DNA of 62,397 nucleotides, counting the filler, from Diploschistes diacapsis (lineage: Eukaryota), in NCBI GenBank assembly GCA_023645945.1. It is 6 parts of 6 records of this genome, joined end to end, with 100 filler letters (N's around TTAATTAATTAA, not from the genome) between each part and the next. Parts side by side here need not be neighbours in the genome. Positions count along the whole stretch, not along the records: positions 1 to 6,566 come from JALAIB010001376.1; positions 6,667 to 13,209 come from JALAIB010001377.1; 4 more parts are not named here. The stretch is one strand, 5' to 3'. Made by a program: the position numbers and the translations under genes. Positions within the stretch are counted from its first letter, which is position 1. Every line of letters begins with the position of its first letter. Below are positions 1 through 11,740 of this stretch, one piece after another. The notes under the pieces were generated by a model. It was given only the letters and a program-made list of their open reading frames with translations. It searched no databases and had not been told where the DNA came from.

Positions 1-628
1 CGTTTATATTATAGATATATTCGGGCGCGTATTATCTTTTATTATATTAAATTATTATTATATCGAATTATCGTTATATAACTTCGTAACTTATAGCATT
101 AAATTTATTCGACTCGATTTATCTCGTTTAAATATTAATAATTTTAAAAATCGTTTATAAGATCGCGATATTTAATTTTTATCGATAGATTAAAAATTCG
201 CGATTATAACTTCTAAATTCGAATCGAATCGAATTTTTTCGCGTCGAATCTTTTCGACTATTTCTATTATTAATACAGACGATGCAAGAAAGCTAATTTA
301 TATAAGACGTATAATCTATTATATTAATATCTTTTTTTTTAAATTTAAAAAGATTTAAATCGTTTCGTGATTATTAAAACGAAATTAAATTTTATTGAAT
401 CGATTTATAATAATCGATCGAGATACTTTAAATACGCGAATAATTTCTTTAATATTAATATATTATTATAATTTTAAAATCTATAAATAATCGTTAATAT
501 TAAATTCTATTAGAATTGAATTATTATTATACGAGATAATTATTATTAAGAAAGATCGAATATAAGATGAAAATAGTGATTTAAAGTGGCCGGAATCTGG
601 GGGTGGCCGGAATCCCCGTGAAACACGT
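1..628. mobile_element. RIP-degraded AT-rich transposon relic ending in a pogo/Fot1-like right TIR
   Basis: Very AT-rich, and the surviving C/G is mostly CpG. Ends GTGGCCGGAATC x2 ...GTGAAACACGT followed by TA (629-630). A second TGAAACACGT-TA end sits at 653-664. Confidence 0.7.
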
Positions 629-1042
629 TAACTTGTGTGGGCGGATGACTTGTGAAACACGTTAATGTTTTTCTTTAAACTTCTTCTATCACTTTCGATC
701 TTATCCGTTCCCGGGTCTACGCCGAATTCCTATTCCTTCAATAAACCCATTCAGACATACCGCCGCGCTTTAAGCCAAAATAACTGGATTTATGGAAAGT
801 GACAGATAGAAATAATCCCTCTAAATGCCCCCTGCTGAACCTAACTCTAAACAGCTTTTAAGATCTTTGACAGGCTTATTGGTCGCGGAATGCATTCTAA
901 TATAAACAATATCCCACAGCAGAAAGCTGGTATCTAAGGAATTGTAAAAGGTATGCTGCATGCATGCGTTACATAAAGTGCTAATTTATGTAGGTACTGC
1001 ATGTTAACTGGATTATGCTTTGTAGTCTTCGCTTTTCCCCTA

Positions 1043-1361
1043 ACGTGTTTCATCACACAACGGCCCACCTTATAAAGCGGCTTATAATTCCTACATCTTC
1101 GTAAAATGTATTTCTTAATATTTCTATCTTTCGTATAAATAATTATATATATAATTTATAAGGCTTAAAAGCTCGGTTAAAACTATTTAACGTTATTATA
1201 TTATAATGTGATTGCGCTAGATAGTTTTAAGCGAGCTTTTGAGTCCCATAACCATACACAAAATTATTTGTACGAAACTAAATCTGTTTTCAACTACATT
1301 ATACGAAGGTGCAAGGATTGTGACCCGCTCCATGAGGTGACCCGTTTTTAATAAAACACGT
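1043..1361. mobile_element. Non-autonomous Tc1/mariner (pogo-like) MITE, copy A
   Basis: TA|ACGTGTTTCA...AAAACACGT|TA, imperfect TIRs of about 45 bp, GTGACCCG direct repeats in the right TIR, no ORF. Confidence 0.8.
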
Positions 1362-1363
1362 TA

Positions 1364-1572
1364 ACGTGTTTTATTATATAACGGATCATATTATAAAGCG
1401 GGTTATTATATTATAGTATAATTGCGTTAAATAGTTTTAAGCGAGCTTTTGAATCCTATAACCACATATAACATTATTTATACGAAATTAAATCTGTTTT
1501 CAGTTATATTATACGAAGGTGTAGGGATTGTGATCCGCTTCGTGGGGTGACCTGTTTCCTAATGAAACACGT
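1364..1572. mobile_element. MITE copy B, an internally deleted tandem sibling of copy A
   Basis: TA|ACGTGTTTTA...TGAAACACGT|TA. Aligns by eye to both ends of copy A, mostly through C>T/G>A transitions. Confidence 0.8.
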
Positions 1573-1732
1573 TACGACACGTCTACGGCTGCTGAATAAA
1601 TAAAAATCTACCATCCCTAATGTACCGCCAATCTACGTGTTTGGAGCAGGGCCTTGGCGTACTCCCCCGCAAATTCCGAACAAGTACTATTTCTTTTAGA
1701 ATTTCGCATCACCATCCATCCAACGAGAGGAG

Positions 1733-3722
1733 ATGGCTGTGTTAAGACCCTTCCGATTGCTGAAGCAGGATCTCTGCAGTTTGGAAAGGCGCTACGTCAG
1801 TGATTGGAATTTCTTCAACCAATTAATCTTTGCTAGCGCCATATATACCTTCTTCACTAAGTACAGAAGTCCACTGCTACTAACGTAAATCGTGCCACAT
1901 CGAATTGACATTGGTAACAGCATTTTGCCTGGCCTCACATTTGCGAGCGACCTCTACGTATATACCAACAAAGAATGGGGCGCCATAGAGGTTGTGCTCA
2001 GCACGGGCCTTTGCGGCTTGATATTTTCGTTGTAGGCGTCCCTTCAATTGTCATGCTCTCTTCCAGCATGGCTTTGAAGTTTCCTGGCGCTCGAGGTGCT
2101 CATTCTTTCAAAGCTTTTCCATCCAGCCCCTTACAATTCTTGGGGTAACTGGCCCCTTTTCGGTTCTTGCCGAGTACATCAGTATGCTTTGTACAGAAAC
2201 CTTGCAGGTATCTCCAATATATTTCGGCGTTGGTTTCACCCTTACTTCTACAGATCCAATTCCTGCCCTTCATGGCCTGGTGCCTGTTACATGCAGCTTG
2301 GATGCATTGCATGCTTGGTAATTGTGGTAGTCTGATATACCAAACACTTGTGGACTAATGATTCACCAGCAATCTTCAATGCACATGACTGGACCATGAA
2401 ATATGTGACGACCTTCTCTACCGAGATATTCTCCTTGCTCAATAGCATCATATACTTCCACAAAGCCATTCAAGAGCTGCAAAGGGTCCACGATGACCTC
2501 TCCTTTGCGACGTTCTTGTACACCATTATAGGCGCCTTTGGAACCGCGGGGCTTGCTATTCTCCTTTCTACGGCCGAAAGCTGGAAGCCATTATTCCCTC
2601 GGTACTTTCGCATGTTTCTGACGGAGTATGCTGCCGCTATCTCTATTGTCTTGTTCATTGGGCTTTCGCACCTAGGCGAGCTTTCTACTCTTGATCAGTC
2701 AACCCTTCAAGTCAGTCCGTACTTTCGTCCCAGCAACCCGGGGCGAGCAACTTTCATTGTAGCATTCTGGAGTCTACCCAAACTCTGGGTGCTGGTTGCG
2801 ACAGTACCGGGCCTGATCATCACAGTGTTGTTCTTCTTCGATCACGAGGTAAGTAGTATAATATGCACCATCGACCGTTACGGCACCAAAAAGCCTGCTG
2901 GCTTCGCTTGGGACATTGCCCTTCTGGGTGCTACAACGGCAATATGCGGTGTACTTGGTATACCACCGGCCAATGGACTTCTACCACAGGCACCCTTGCA
3001 TTCTGAGAGTCTTATGCATAGAGAAATCAATTACAATGCCGTGAATGCAGATATAGGGCAAAGGACGGAATCACAAGCGGTTTCCTGTGTCTATGAGCAA
3101 AGATGGAGCGCCTTCCTCCATTCGGGTGCCATCATTATATTTGTAGCCCCTCCGATGCAACGTCTTTTAGGCTTAACTCCCACCAGTGTTCTCGCCGGCC
3201 TCTTCTTCTTTATGGGCGAACAAAGTCTTTCCACGAAGTATGTATTCGATGAAGAATTCCTACTTTCCATGCTTACAGTGACCAAGTCCTATTTTACATC
3301 GCTTCTTCTACATTCTAACTCCAATCTCCGAATTGCCAGCCCTTCCGTCTCCTGTCATCAGCTACACGAAAGTACATGCGTACACAATGTTACAGATCAT
3401 CATCACAGTCATTATATTCATAGTGACATTAACGAGGGCGGCGCCTGCATTTCCACTCGTCATTGTTGCCTTGGTGCCTGCACGGCTTCTGCTCATGAAT
3501 CGAGTATGGGACTGCGAGACCCTCCGGTTTGTTGACACCTGGGCCTGCAGGTGAGTACAACATGCATTGTCCTCATTCTTCGATTACTTAGTGCGTGCTA
3601 CTGATTGTGGCTGCAGAGAAGGAACCCCTGAAGACAATATAGACAGAGGTCAGGTTCTTCAGATGGTCCAGGCCAGTAACGAGTTGGAAGCACAAGGTCC
3701 TAGTAGATGTTGTGAAACGTAA
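1733..3722 (+). CDS. BOR1: HCO3-/boron transporter family (SLC4/Bor1-like), multi-exon
   Basis: Spliced reading MAVLRPFRLLKQD..YVSDW..FFTNILPGLTFA..FSIQPLTILGVTGP; MKYVTTFSTEIF, FFFDHEVSS, GIPPANGLLPQAPLH, EQRWS motifs. First intron 1861-1920, last 3551-3616. Confidence 0.85.
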
Positions 3723-3763
3723 ACCCTCAAAGCAAAGGTCGATTCCGTCCTCACACATTAAAT

Positions 3764-5990
3764 CTAATTCCTTCCAAACCAGAATTCAATACGCTCAATT
3801 GGATCACATTTCTTTCCGGTTGTCTCAAGATTCTTGATGGATAGTCACCGTTTGAGGTCAGCTGAAGTTAGCTGAATAATATCAGTGCACTCTTCGGACA
3901 CAGGATACTGGATTCAAGCAATTACCTTGGTAAGGTCATTCTGCTGTAACAGCCTTCTCACTCTGTTGTCATCTATATCGGAATCTCCCACGTTCCTTAC
4001 CCTTTTCTTGGGCACAGTATGCTCCTTACCTGGGGATTCTGGTGCGCTTCGTTTGGGAAAGGATATTGCTCGACGGTTTCCAGCTTCCCACAGATGGTGC
4101 TGCTTCGACAATTCATCGCCCCAGTCTTCGACGAGCCCACCAGCGCGCTACAACTATGTCAAAATTTCGTTCTGCATAGACCAGAGCAGGTGGCTTACTT
4201 TGAGGATTTGCCTGTATTTGGGCATTGTCTTGTCCTCGACTTCCGTAGGAGCCTCCTCCTCCAACGCCATCGCCTGTAGAACACGGTAGTGCCACTGCAT
4301 CGCTGAATTTATTTTAACGGAGTATAGAATAGGAACGTGGAGCCCTCACCAGGATTGGGATACTTTACAGGCGTAAAATGCCCTTTGGGTAGCTGTAGCT
4401 GTTGCATAATTTGTCGCATCTTGTTTACTATAGAGTCCGGTGATACTACCAAAGCAGTGTCGGGGTTGGTCCGAATGTCATCAGCAAATGGGAGAGGGAT
4501 CAGCCACAGGCCGGACGGTAAGCTCATCCCGTTCTCTTCATGATAGTTCGCTAGACCGGCTGTAATTGCTGCCACTTGAGGGATTGCGTTCTTACGAGCA
4601 ACAAACCACGCAATGGCCAGTCGCCCGCCCCCAGCCAACTTTTGCCGCAGTGCTGAAAATACACGTGTAGATCCCACATAGCCTTCCTCGGAAGGGTAAA
4701 GGAAAGTAGCCCCTTTCAAATTCGCCCATGTCGGTAAGCTTTCGTGGTTAATCACCTTGAACCCAACAATCCGGATGATCGCCTCACCGAAGTTACGAAT
4801 GGTCGCTATCTCTTCGGGCGAAAATGATACTTGCTCACCTCCAAACTTGTAAGCTTTTCGAATCTCAGGTTTGGTAACTCCATGGCCCGTGTCATACGCA
4901 ATTTTCCTGGACTGTCCAACGGCAATTCGCGCTTCCTGACCTCCAAGCCAAATGTACGAAGTTCTTTTCGGTTCTTGGCGTTTGAAGATTATGTACCCAT
5001 GAACAGATATTGCCAGTTCAGGGCTAAGTTTCAATTGTATATTCGCGAATAAAGCTCTCTTCGGAACAATACGTGACCTTAATGATGCCAGTAATGAGAC
5101 TAGTAAGCTGGGGCCCTTTTCACAATGTATATCTACAGTATCTCCAACTGAGATGACTGGTGCGTTTGGGTCGTTGGATGTATCACTGTATATTACATCC
5201 TACACAGTTTAGCGGATATGTATATACCTAGTTGGGGCATCAAACTAGACATTATAAAACTTTGTCCTGTCAAACGTTGACTCAGGACTGACTACGGGAA
5301 ACAGCTCAATGGTGACCCCAAGATCGAAAAGGTCCTTAGCTCGCTGCGTTGCTAACGTTTTAAGTCTATCTTCGTTGCGATGAGGATCGTCATTGTCTGT
5401 TACAATAAAAAGTCGCCTTGATGCGAAGTTGGCGGTTCTGCTTCCAAATAGTACACTGGCATAGAAGAGCGTGTTCGCCAGAGATTTCGAGCCAGAGGCT
5501 AGCAGTAACTTCTCTAGTTGACCTTTGTCCTCTAAAAAATCCTTGAGCCGCTTCACGTCTTGTGCGGATGGAACGCACAAATCCAATAGGAGGTAATCGC
5601 AGGGACTAGCATCTGGATCCTGTGGCTCAGTATCACGTTCTTGAAGCTGAGTTTGATTGCTGTTGACTCCGTGAAGTATGACTCCCATCATATCGTTTGG
5701 ATTGGATATGATGCGCAATGTCAGAAGCTCGTAGGCACACTTCAAGGATGCCAAAAGCGCGCTATCAAGCTTTGGATTCTTACCACCAGGAATGGGCGGG
5801 ATAGTGAGCATAGTGTCGCTCACATCAATCATGAAGAGAACAGCGTCTTTCGTATGTTTGTATTGCTAGAAAGGAGTCAGCAATGATATACTCGTAAACC
5901 TAACAGGATTATCGCACGCACTAAGTCATCTGTTTCTTCTTCCTCTTCCCCCTCTTGTGTATCAATTTTCCATTCCCTACTTTCAACCAT
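3764..5990 (-). CDS. KU70: Ku70 NHEJ DNA end-binding subunit, multi-exon
   Basis: Acidic N-terminus, vWA ([19 protein letters not shown]), core ([50 protein letters not shown]) and a C-terminal SAP-like segment. Confidence 0.93.
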
Positions 5991-6566
5991 CTTTTTGGTA
6001 TCTAGAGAGATCGTTTAAATGAGTTCTGAATGAGATATTTTATTCCCTTTTGGTTTCTTCCGTCTCCATTCCTTGGGTGATGGGGACTATTACTGACCCT
6101 CTAGTTTATGCTGAAGCGCGCGAGCGGCCCTTGGGTGTTGATGAAGAGCAAAGCCGGTACTTCATGTGCAACACAAAAAGTCTGTGAGCCCAACGCGCTC
6201 GTTTTTGGATGGTATGTTAAAGACATTTACCAAATACTGAATTTGAGGAGCCAAACTTTTTGTTCCCCCACGTTAAATTCTATTGTTCATTTCAAGGTAT
6301 GCACGATGTATAAAGTTAGTTGTAGATTTATTTTTAGATTTTATCTTTTATTAACGTCTTGAACGGTTTATCCGGCCACAATTTTTTTCAACGATTTTAG
6401 TTTTATTATACTGAGGATTTTTGTGGATATTGGCGGGCTTGGATGGAAGTTAATCGATTTTAATAAAATCGGATACTAGTGCTTATTTATGAATCTTAAA
6501 ATTTAAATCGTATGCGAATGTTCGAGTTATTATCCGCGTATTTAAACTTTGTCATTCGATTATAAT

Positions 6567-6666
6567 NNNNNNNNNNNNNNNNNNNNNNNNNNNNNNNNNN
6601 NNNNNNNNNNTTAATTAATTAANNNNNNNNNNNNNNNNNNNNNNNNNNNNNNNNNNNNNNNNNNNN
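6567..6666. other. Artificial contig spacer (N44-TTAATTAATTAA-N44)
   Basis: Six-frame stop linker flanked by Ns, identical at five positions. Confidence 0.97.
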
Positions 6667-7711
6667 GGGCCGGGGTGGATGGGTTGTGTCATGTTCGGGA
6701 TTGGATATGCTGTTGTTTAGTTTATTGGCACTATGCGCAGCTGATTCGATTGTACGCACACACATGCATGCATCATGCAAGCTCGACTCAGTCACCTGTA
6801 ACCTACCTTCTTCGCAGTCCAACCTTATACCCCGTGCAACAGGGAAGTAAATTTTCGGCCCCGACAACTTGTGCGACTTGAGCAACTTGTGCAACTCGTG
6901 CAAACTACCAAGTAGGACCTCCATACCTCCTTATAGGGATGATCAGGACCTGATATCAGAACTTTACCCATCTCACAGATGACTGCGCACAATCCCACCA
7001 CGTCGGAATCCCCAACCATGGCCCCGGGGGAAGCCCGAGGTCCAGCTTGGGTAATTTTAGGCTACCTAACTAACGTACGGGGATAAATCATGAAGCTTCC
7101 CGGATCAGTATTGAAATATTCTGCTCGGTGATTTAGTGATTAGTTTTTCTGTCCATTGTGGAATGGGGAGTCTATAAGCATCCGAACGAACGGGTTTTGA
7201 AGGTGCCAATGCAAAGCAACATTTTTAAATGATACTGTAAATGGCAGGATTGGCAAGAGCTAGAACGGGGAAGTTTGAGCTCGCGTTATCACACAGCGCC
7301 CACAGCGCCATTTCTCTAGATACCCGTTTAGCAGCCCCGGCGAGTCCGAGCTGAAGGAGTCGAGTGGCTGGTAGAGTAATGTGGATCTCTGCAATTGGAT
7401 CGTGGCACTACATGGAAACGTGCTATAGGCTGTGTACATAGCAATAGCGTGCGCTACGTACCGGTAAAAAAATTAATAATCGATTTTATAAATTCTCTGT
7501 ATGATTGAAGGTTAATAATCAACGTGGCCTGGAGCTACCATGACGAAATAAAATATTGGAAGTCTTGTTTTCGGATCAACTGTATATAAATAGCTGTACG
7601 CCTCGTCACTTATTACAACGTACAGCCATCCCTAATTTTAACGAATCACAGTAATTGCAGCGTTCTTACCTCACAGCATTCGTAGAAACAACACCCGCCA
7701 CCAAGATCGTC

Positions 7712-9500
7712 ATGGTTTCCCTCCTCCAAACCGCCCTCGGCGGCGCAGCCTTCTACCTCCTCTACTGCATCTACTGGGAGCTCACAACAGGCGCCTCGCG
7801 GCGCAAGCTCGCCGCCGAAAACGCGTGCCAGCCCGTGCGCAAGTTCCCCGACTGGGACCCGATCCTCGGTCTGCAGACCTACTTCTGGAACGAAGCCGCC
7901 AGCAAGACGCACACGTTGCTGGAACAAGGCACCCGGCGCTTCCGAGACATGGGCACCAACACCTTCCGCCTGAAACTCATGGGCGCGCCCGTCATCTCGA
8001 CGATCGAGCCCGAGAACCTGAAGCACATCCAGTCGCTCAGCTTCAAGGATTGGCACCTCGGCGAGCGCCGCCTCGAGGCCTTCCTCCCGTTACTCGGGCC
8101 CGGCATCTTCGCGACCAACGGCCAGCAGTGGCAGCATTCGCGCGAGATGCTGCGGCCAAACTTCGTGCGCAGCCAGGTCAGCGACCTCGCCACGTTCGAG
8201 ACCCACGTGGGACACCTGATCGATGCGATTCCGCGCGACGGCAGCACGGTGGATCTGCAGGAGCTTTTTTTCCGCCTGACGATGGACAGCGCGACCGAGT
8301 TTTTGTTCGGGGAGAGCACGAATTGCCTGGCGCCGGGGACGTCGACGGTCAGCCATAGTCGGTTCGCCAGCGCGTTCAATGCGGCGCAGGAGAATATTGC
8401 GTTCATGGGGAGGATGGGGCCGCTGGCCAGGTTTTGGATGGGGAGGAAGTTTAAAGAGGATTGCAAATACGTGCAGGGTGAGCTATTGTTCTTTTTTTCT
8501 TAGCAGCGTTGTTGCGGAGGTCGATTGCAACAGAAGTTCTACAGCATCCCGCATCCACTCTTTCCTTCCCCACTTCTCTCCCCTTCCCATTCACAACCGC
8601 AGCACGTCCCCTTCCCTACTCCTAGCTAACACCCACCCAGACTTCGGAGACGCCTTCGTCTCCAAAGCCTTCCAGCGCCGCACCACCGGCAAAACCGATC
8701 CAAACCGCTACATCTTCGCCGACGAGCTGATCACGCAGACCCCCGACCGTTTCCGCATCCGCTCTGAGCTGCTCAACATCCTGCTCGCAGGCCGTGACAC
8801 CACCGCCTCGCTCCTCAGCAATGTCTGGCACACGCTCTCCCAGCGCCCGGACATCCTCGCCAAGCTGCGCGCCGAGCTCGACGCCAGCCTGCACGGCGCG
8901 CCACCGGACTTTCAGCAGCTCAAGGACCTGAAGTACCTCAAGGCCGTGCTGAACGAGAGCCTGCGCTTGTACCCCGTCGTCCCGATCAACAGTCGGCAGG
9001 CGTTGCGAGACACGACGCTGCCGCTGGGCGGCGGGAGCGATGGGAAGAGCCCGATGCTCGTGCCGGAGGGCACGCTGGTGAACTGGAACGTGTACGCGAT
9101 GCAGCGGCGCAAGGACTTCTACGGGGAGGACGCGGAGGAGTTCCGGCCCGAGCGCTGGCTGGGCGAGAAGGGGTTGAAGCCCGGATGGGAGTATTTGCCG
9201 TTCAATGGCGGGCCGAGGATCTGTCTTGGGCGTAAGTCACGTTTTTTTTTTTTTCATCTTGCTGGCATCGTTCTCTCGTTTCTCGGCTTCAACGGGGGAT
9301 TTTGATCGTTTGGGATTGAAACCGAGGCTAATCTGGGGATTGGGCGGGCAGAGCAATTCGCCCTCACCGAGGCCTCGTACTGCACGGTGCGCCTGATGCA
9401 GCAGTTCAAGCACGTCGAGAGCAGAGACCCACGGCCGTGGACCGAGTGGCTTACGCTGACGTGTACGGGGTTCAACGGGTGCAAGGTTGCGCTTAGTTGA
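7712..9500 (+). CDS. Cytochrome P450, CYP52 clan (alkane/fatty-acid hydroxylase-like), 3 exons
   Basis: GIFATNGQQWQHSREMLRPNF, AGRDTTASLL, ESLRLYP, FRPERW, heme motif PFNGGPRICLGQQFA. Introns about 8478-8640 and 9232-9351. Confidence 0.93.
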
Positions 9501-10843
9501 TATGGAGCGTGATTTATGATGATGGCGATGGACTCGAGCGCATTTTGTTTGGGAAAGCTATGGCGGTGGCGGAACGGGATTCAAAAGCTGACGGACGGAC
9601 CGAGGGTGAGGCATGGGCACCTCTGTACCTACCAACAAATCCGTATGCTATATGGTATGGAAAGACGGCGATGATAAGGAGTCAGAGGTCTGGGTATGTG
9701 GTTCTTGTGTTTGCCCCTTGGGATGACGGTAGGGAGGGCCTGAGAGTGGGGGACCTTCCCGGGAAATGTGACGGTTGGACCTGCAGGCAGATGGAGATAC
9801 AGGGTCGCGCTTTGCATGTGGTTGTTTGGAGGGTGGAATTGGATGGTGATGTTGATGGTGATGGCGATGGGAACGGCCCCAGGCGGGACCTGAGAGGCAC
9901 CAGCCAGCCGCTGGGCGTACATATATCACTAAGGTTGTTTTTGTTTTCGAGATAAACGCCATCCATCGTCTTCTTCTGAAAAGTTCCATGAAGCTAGTCC
10001 CTGCGCACTGAGATATGGGAAACTGCGTCATTTCTGGCAGGAGGAGGAGGATGGTGTTCTAACGTGAGTGGTGGAAGCGGAAAGTTGGAATAATAAGCCC
10101 CGATGTCCTGGCTACTACATATGTCCGTATAAGTTGGAAGTGTAGACTAGCATATCGACGGCTAGTACGGAGTACGTACGTGTACAGAAAACCTCGTAAA
10201 TGATAAATGACTGATAATGTGCTGCTCAGAGTTTTCACCGCATACAGGGTTTTTCTTAGGGTGGAGGTGCCCCAACCACACATCCCTTTATGATCCAGTT
10301 GGTTTTCCCATGTTTCTTTGTCTCTGTCATTTTCATTCCTGTTCCTTGTTCCTGTTTTGGTATACTGCTTCCGGAACTGCTTCCAGACCACTACATAACC
10401 AGACAACCTTATGCTGTACATCCCCATGGTCCATGGGATGGCATGCAAGCCAAATCCTGGCTGCCTGTGGGTCACCCAACACACATACGAACCCTCTGGC
10501 CAATGCCACCGCCGCTGCCGGGACTGGCTTGGTCCGTCTTCTCAACGGTTCTGGCTTGGCCTAAAAATGGCGAATGGCGGAAGGGAAGGTAGGTTTAATA
10601 TAGGATCGGGAACGCTGCAGGCCCGAGAAATTATCACGCAATACTTACACGAAGCTTGCAGACACAGCTCTGAATCTCTCTTCATGTTTTCCGTGTCGAG
10701 TATTTCCAGGGGTTGATATAAGCTCTCCACTTCCTGCTCAACTCCATTCTTCGCCTTCTCTAGTATTGCTTGTGGCTTGCAACTTCTCATTCGTTTATTT
10801 CCCCATATTCCGCAAGCCAACATACTCCATCATCCTCTTCAAG

Positions 10844-11740
10844 ATGAAGTTGTCACTCATTGTTCTGGGCCTCGCATCAACTCTTGCCTCTCATGTCTCA
10901 GCCTCCTCCTATCTACCTTTCAGCGTCTCCCCTTTAAGCACTCATGAGCCCAATGGCAATCCAGAGGGGGATGTGAACTATTATCATATCAACTTCACCG
11001 TCTCCTCCTCCAACGATGCATCTGGCGAGTCCAGCGCCATCTGCACGAACAGCTGGTCCGACAACGACTGGGAGCAGCCGCAGGCCTACTCGGTGAACGT
11101 ACCTACCGGCTCATGGATTGCCTGCTCGCCCAGCACGTATAGTTTCCAACTCTACCCCTACTTCAGCATCGGCAACTTCACCCTCGGTATCCAGCAGAAC
11201 TTTACATCTTCCACCACCTGGGCTCGAATGCTCGCCTCCGGAAGCACGCACATCACAAACTCCACCTCGGACTTTACCTGCACCATCGATCCGAACACGG
11301 TGCAGTACGTTCAACACGCCTCGGGCGATTGCTCCATTCCTTCCGGCGAGCACGCTATCTCCGTTCCCGTCACCACCGCTTCCGCCGCTCCAAACCCTTG
11401 CTCCAATGCTGCAGTCATCAACACAACCTTTGTCGTCACCGCTCAAACCACACCAGAACAATCGATATTAGTCACTGGCTCCATACCAGAGCTAGGAAAC
11501 TGGGACCCCATATCCGCAGTACAATTGAGTTCGAGCAACAACGATGGCACCATCGCGGCGCCGACCTGGCAGGGCTCCGCGTCTCTACCGGCTGGGTCTG
11601 ATTTTCGGTACAAATACCTGATGCAGAACGGAGATGGGAGTATGGCGTGGGAGTGCTGCGAGAATAGGCAGTACGCTGTCCCGTCGCCGGCGTGCGGGAA
11701 GGTTGTTGCGGGCAACAACCCCGACACGTTTAGAGGTTAA
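10844..11740 (+). CDS. Secreted protein: signal peptide, uncharacterised Cys-containing beta-rich domain, C-terminal CBM20 starch-binding module
   Basis: MKLSLIVLGLASTLASHVSA signal; CBM20 pattern VTGSIPELGNWDP..W..LPAG..F.YKY..WE...NR. Intronless. Confidence 0.85.
   Translation: MKLSLIVLGLASTLASHVSASSYLPFSVSPLSTHEPNGNPEGDVNYYHINFTVSSSNDASGESSAICTNSWSDNDWEQPQAYSVNVPTGSWIACSPSTYSFQLYPYFSIGNFTLGIQQNFTSSTTWARMLASGSTHITNSTSDFTCTIDPNTVQYVQHASGDCSIPSGEHAISVPVTTASAAPNPCSNAAVINTTFVVTAQTTPEQSILVTGSIPELGNWDPISAVQLSSSNNDGTIAAPTWQGSASLPAGSDFRYKYLMQNGDGSMAWECCENRQYAVPSPACGKVVAGNNPDTFRG

Noticed and set aside
6611..6622. Recurring TTAATTAATTAA as a biological repeat
   Set aside because: Always centred in fixed N runs; it is a six-frame stop linker added during concatenation.
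7646..9112. Long antisense and alternate-frame ORFs over the P450 (similarly 16100-16834 and 29482-30481)
   Set aside because: Shadow ORFs caused by GC-rich codon bias or repeats in real genes.
9497..10716. Cluster of 70-150 aa ORFs between the P450 and CBM20 genes
   Set aside because: No motifs, they overlap in all frames, and they show no coding-like bias.
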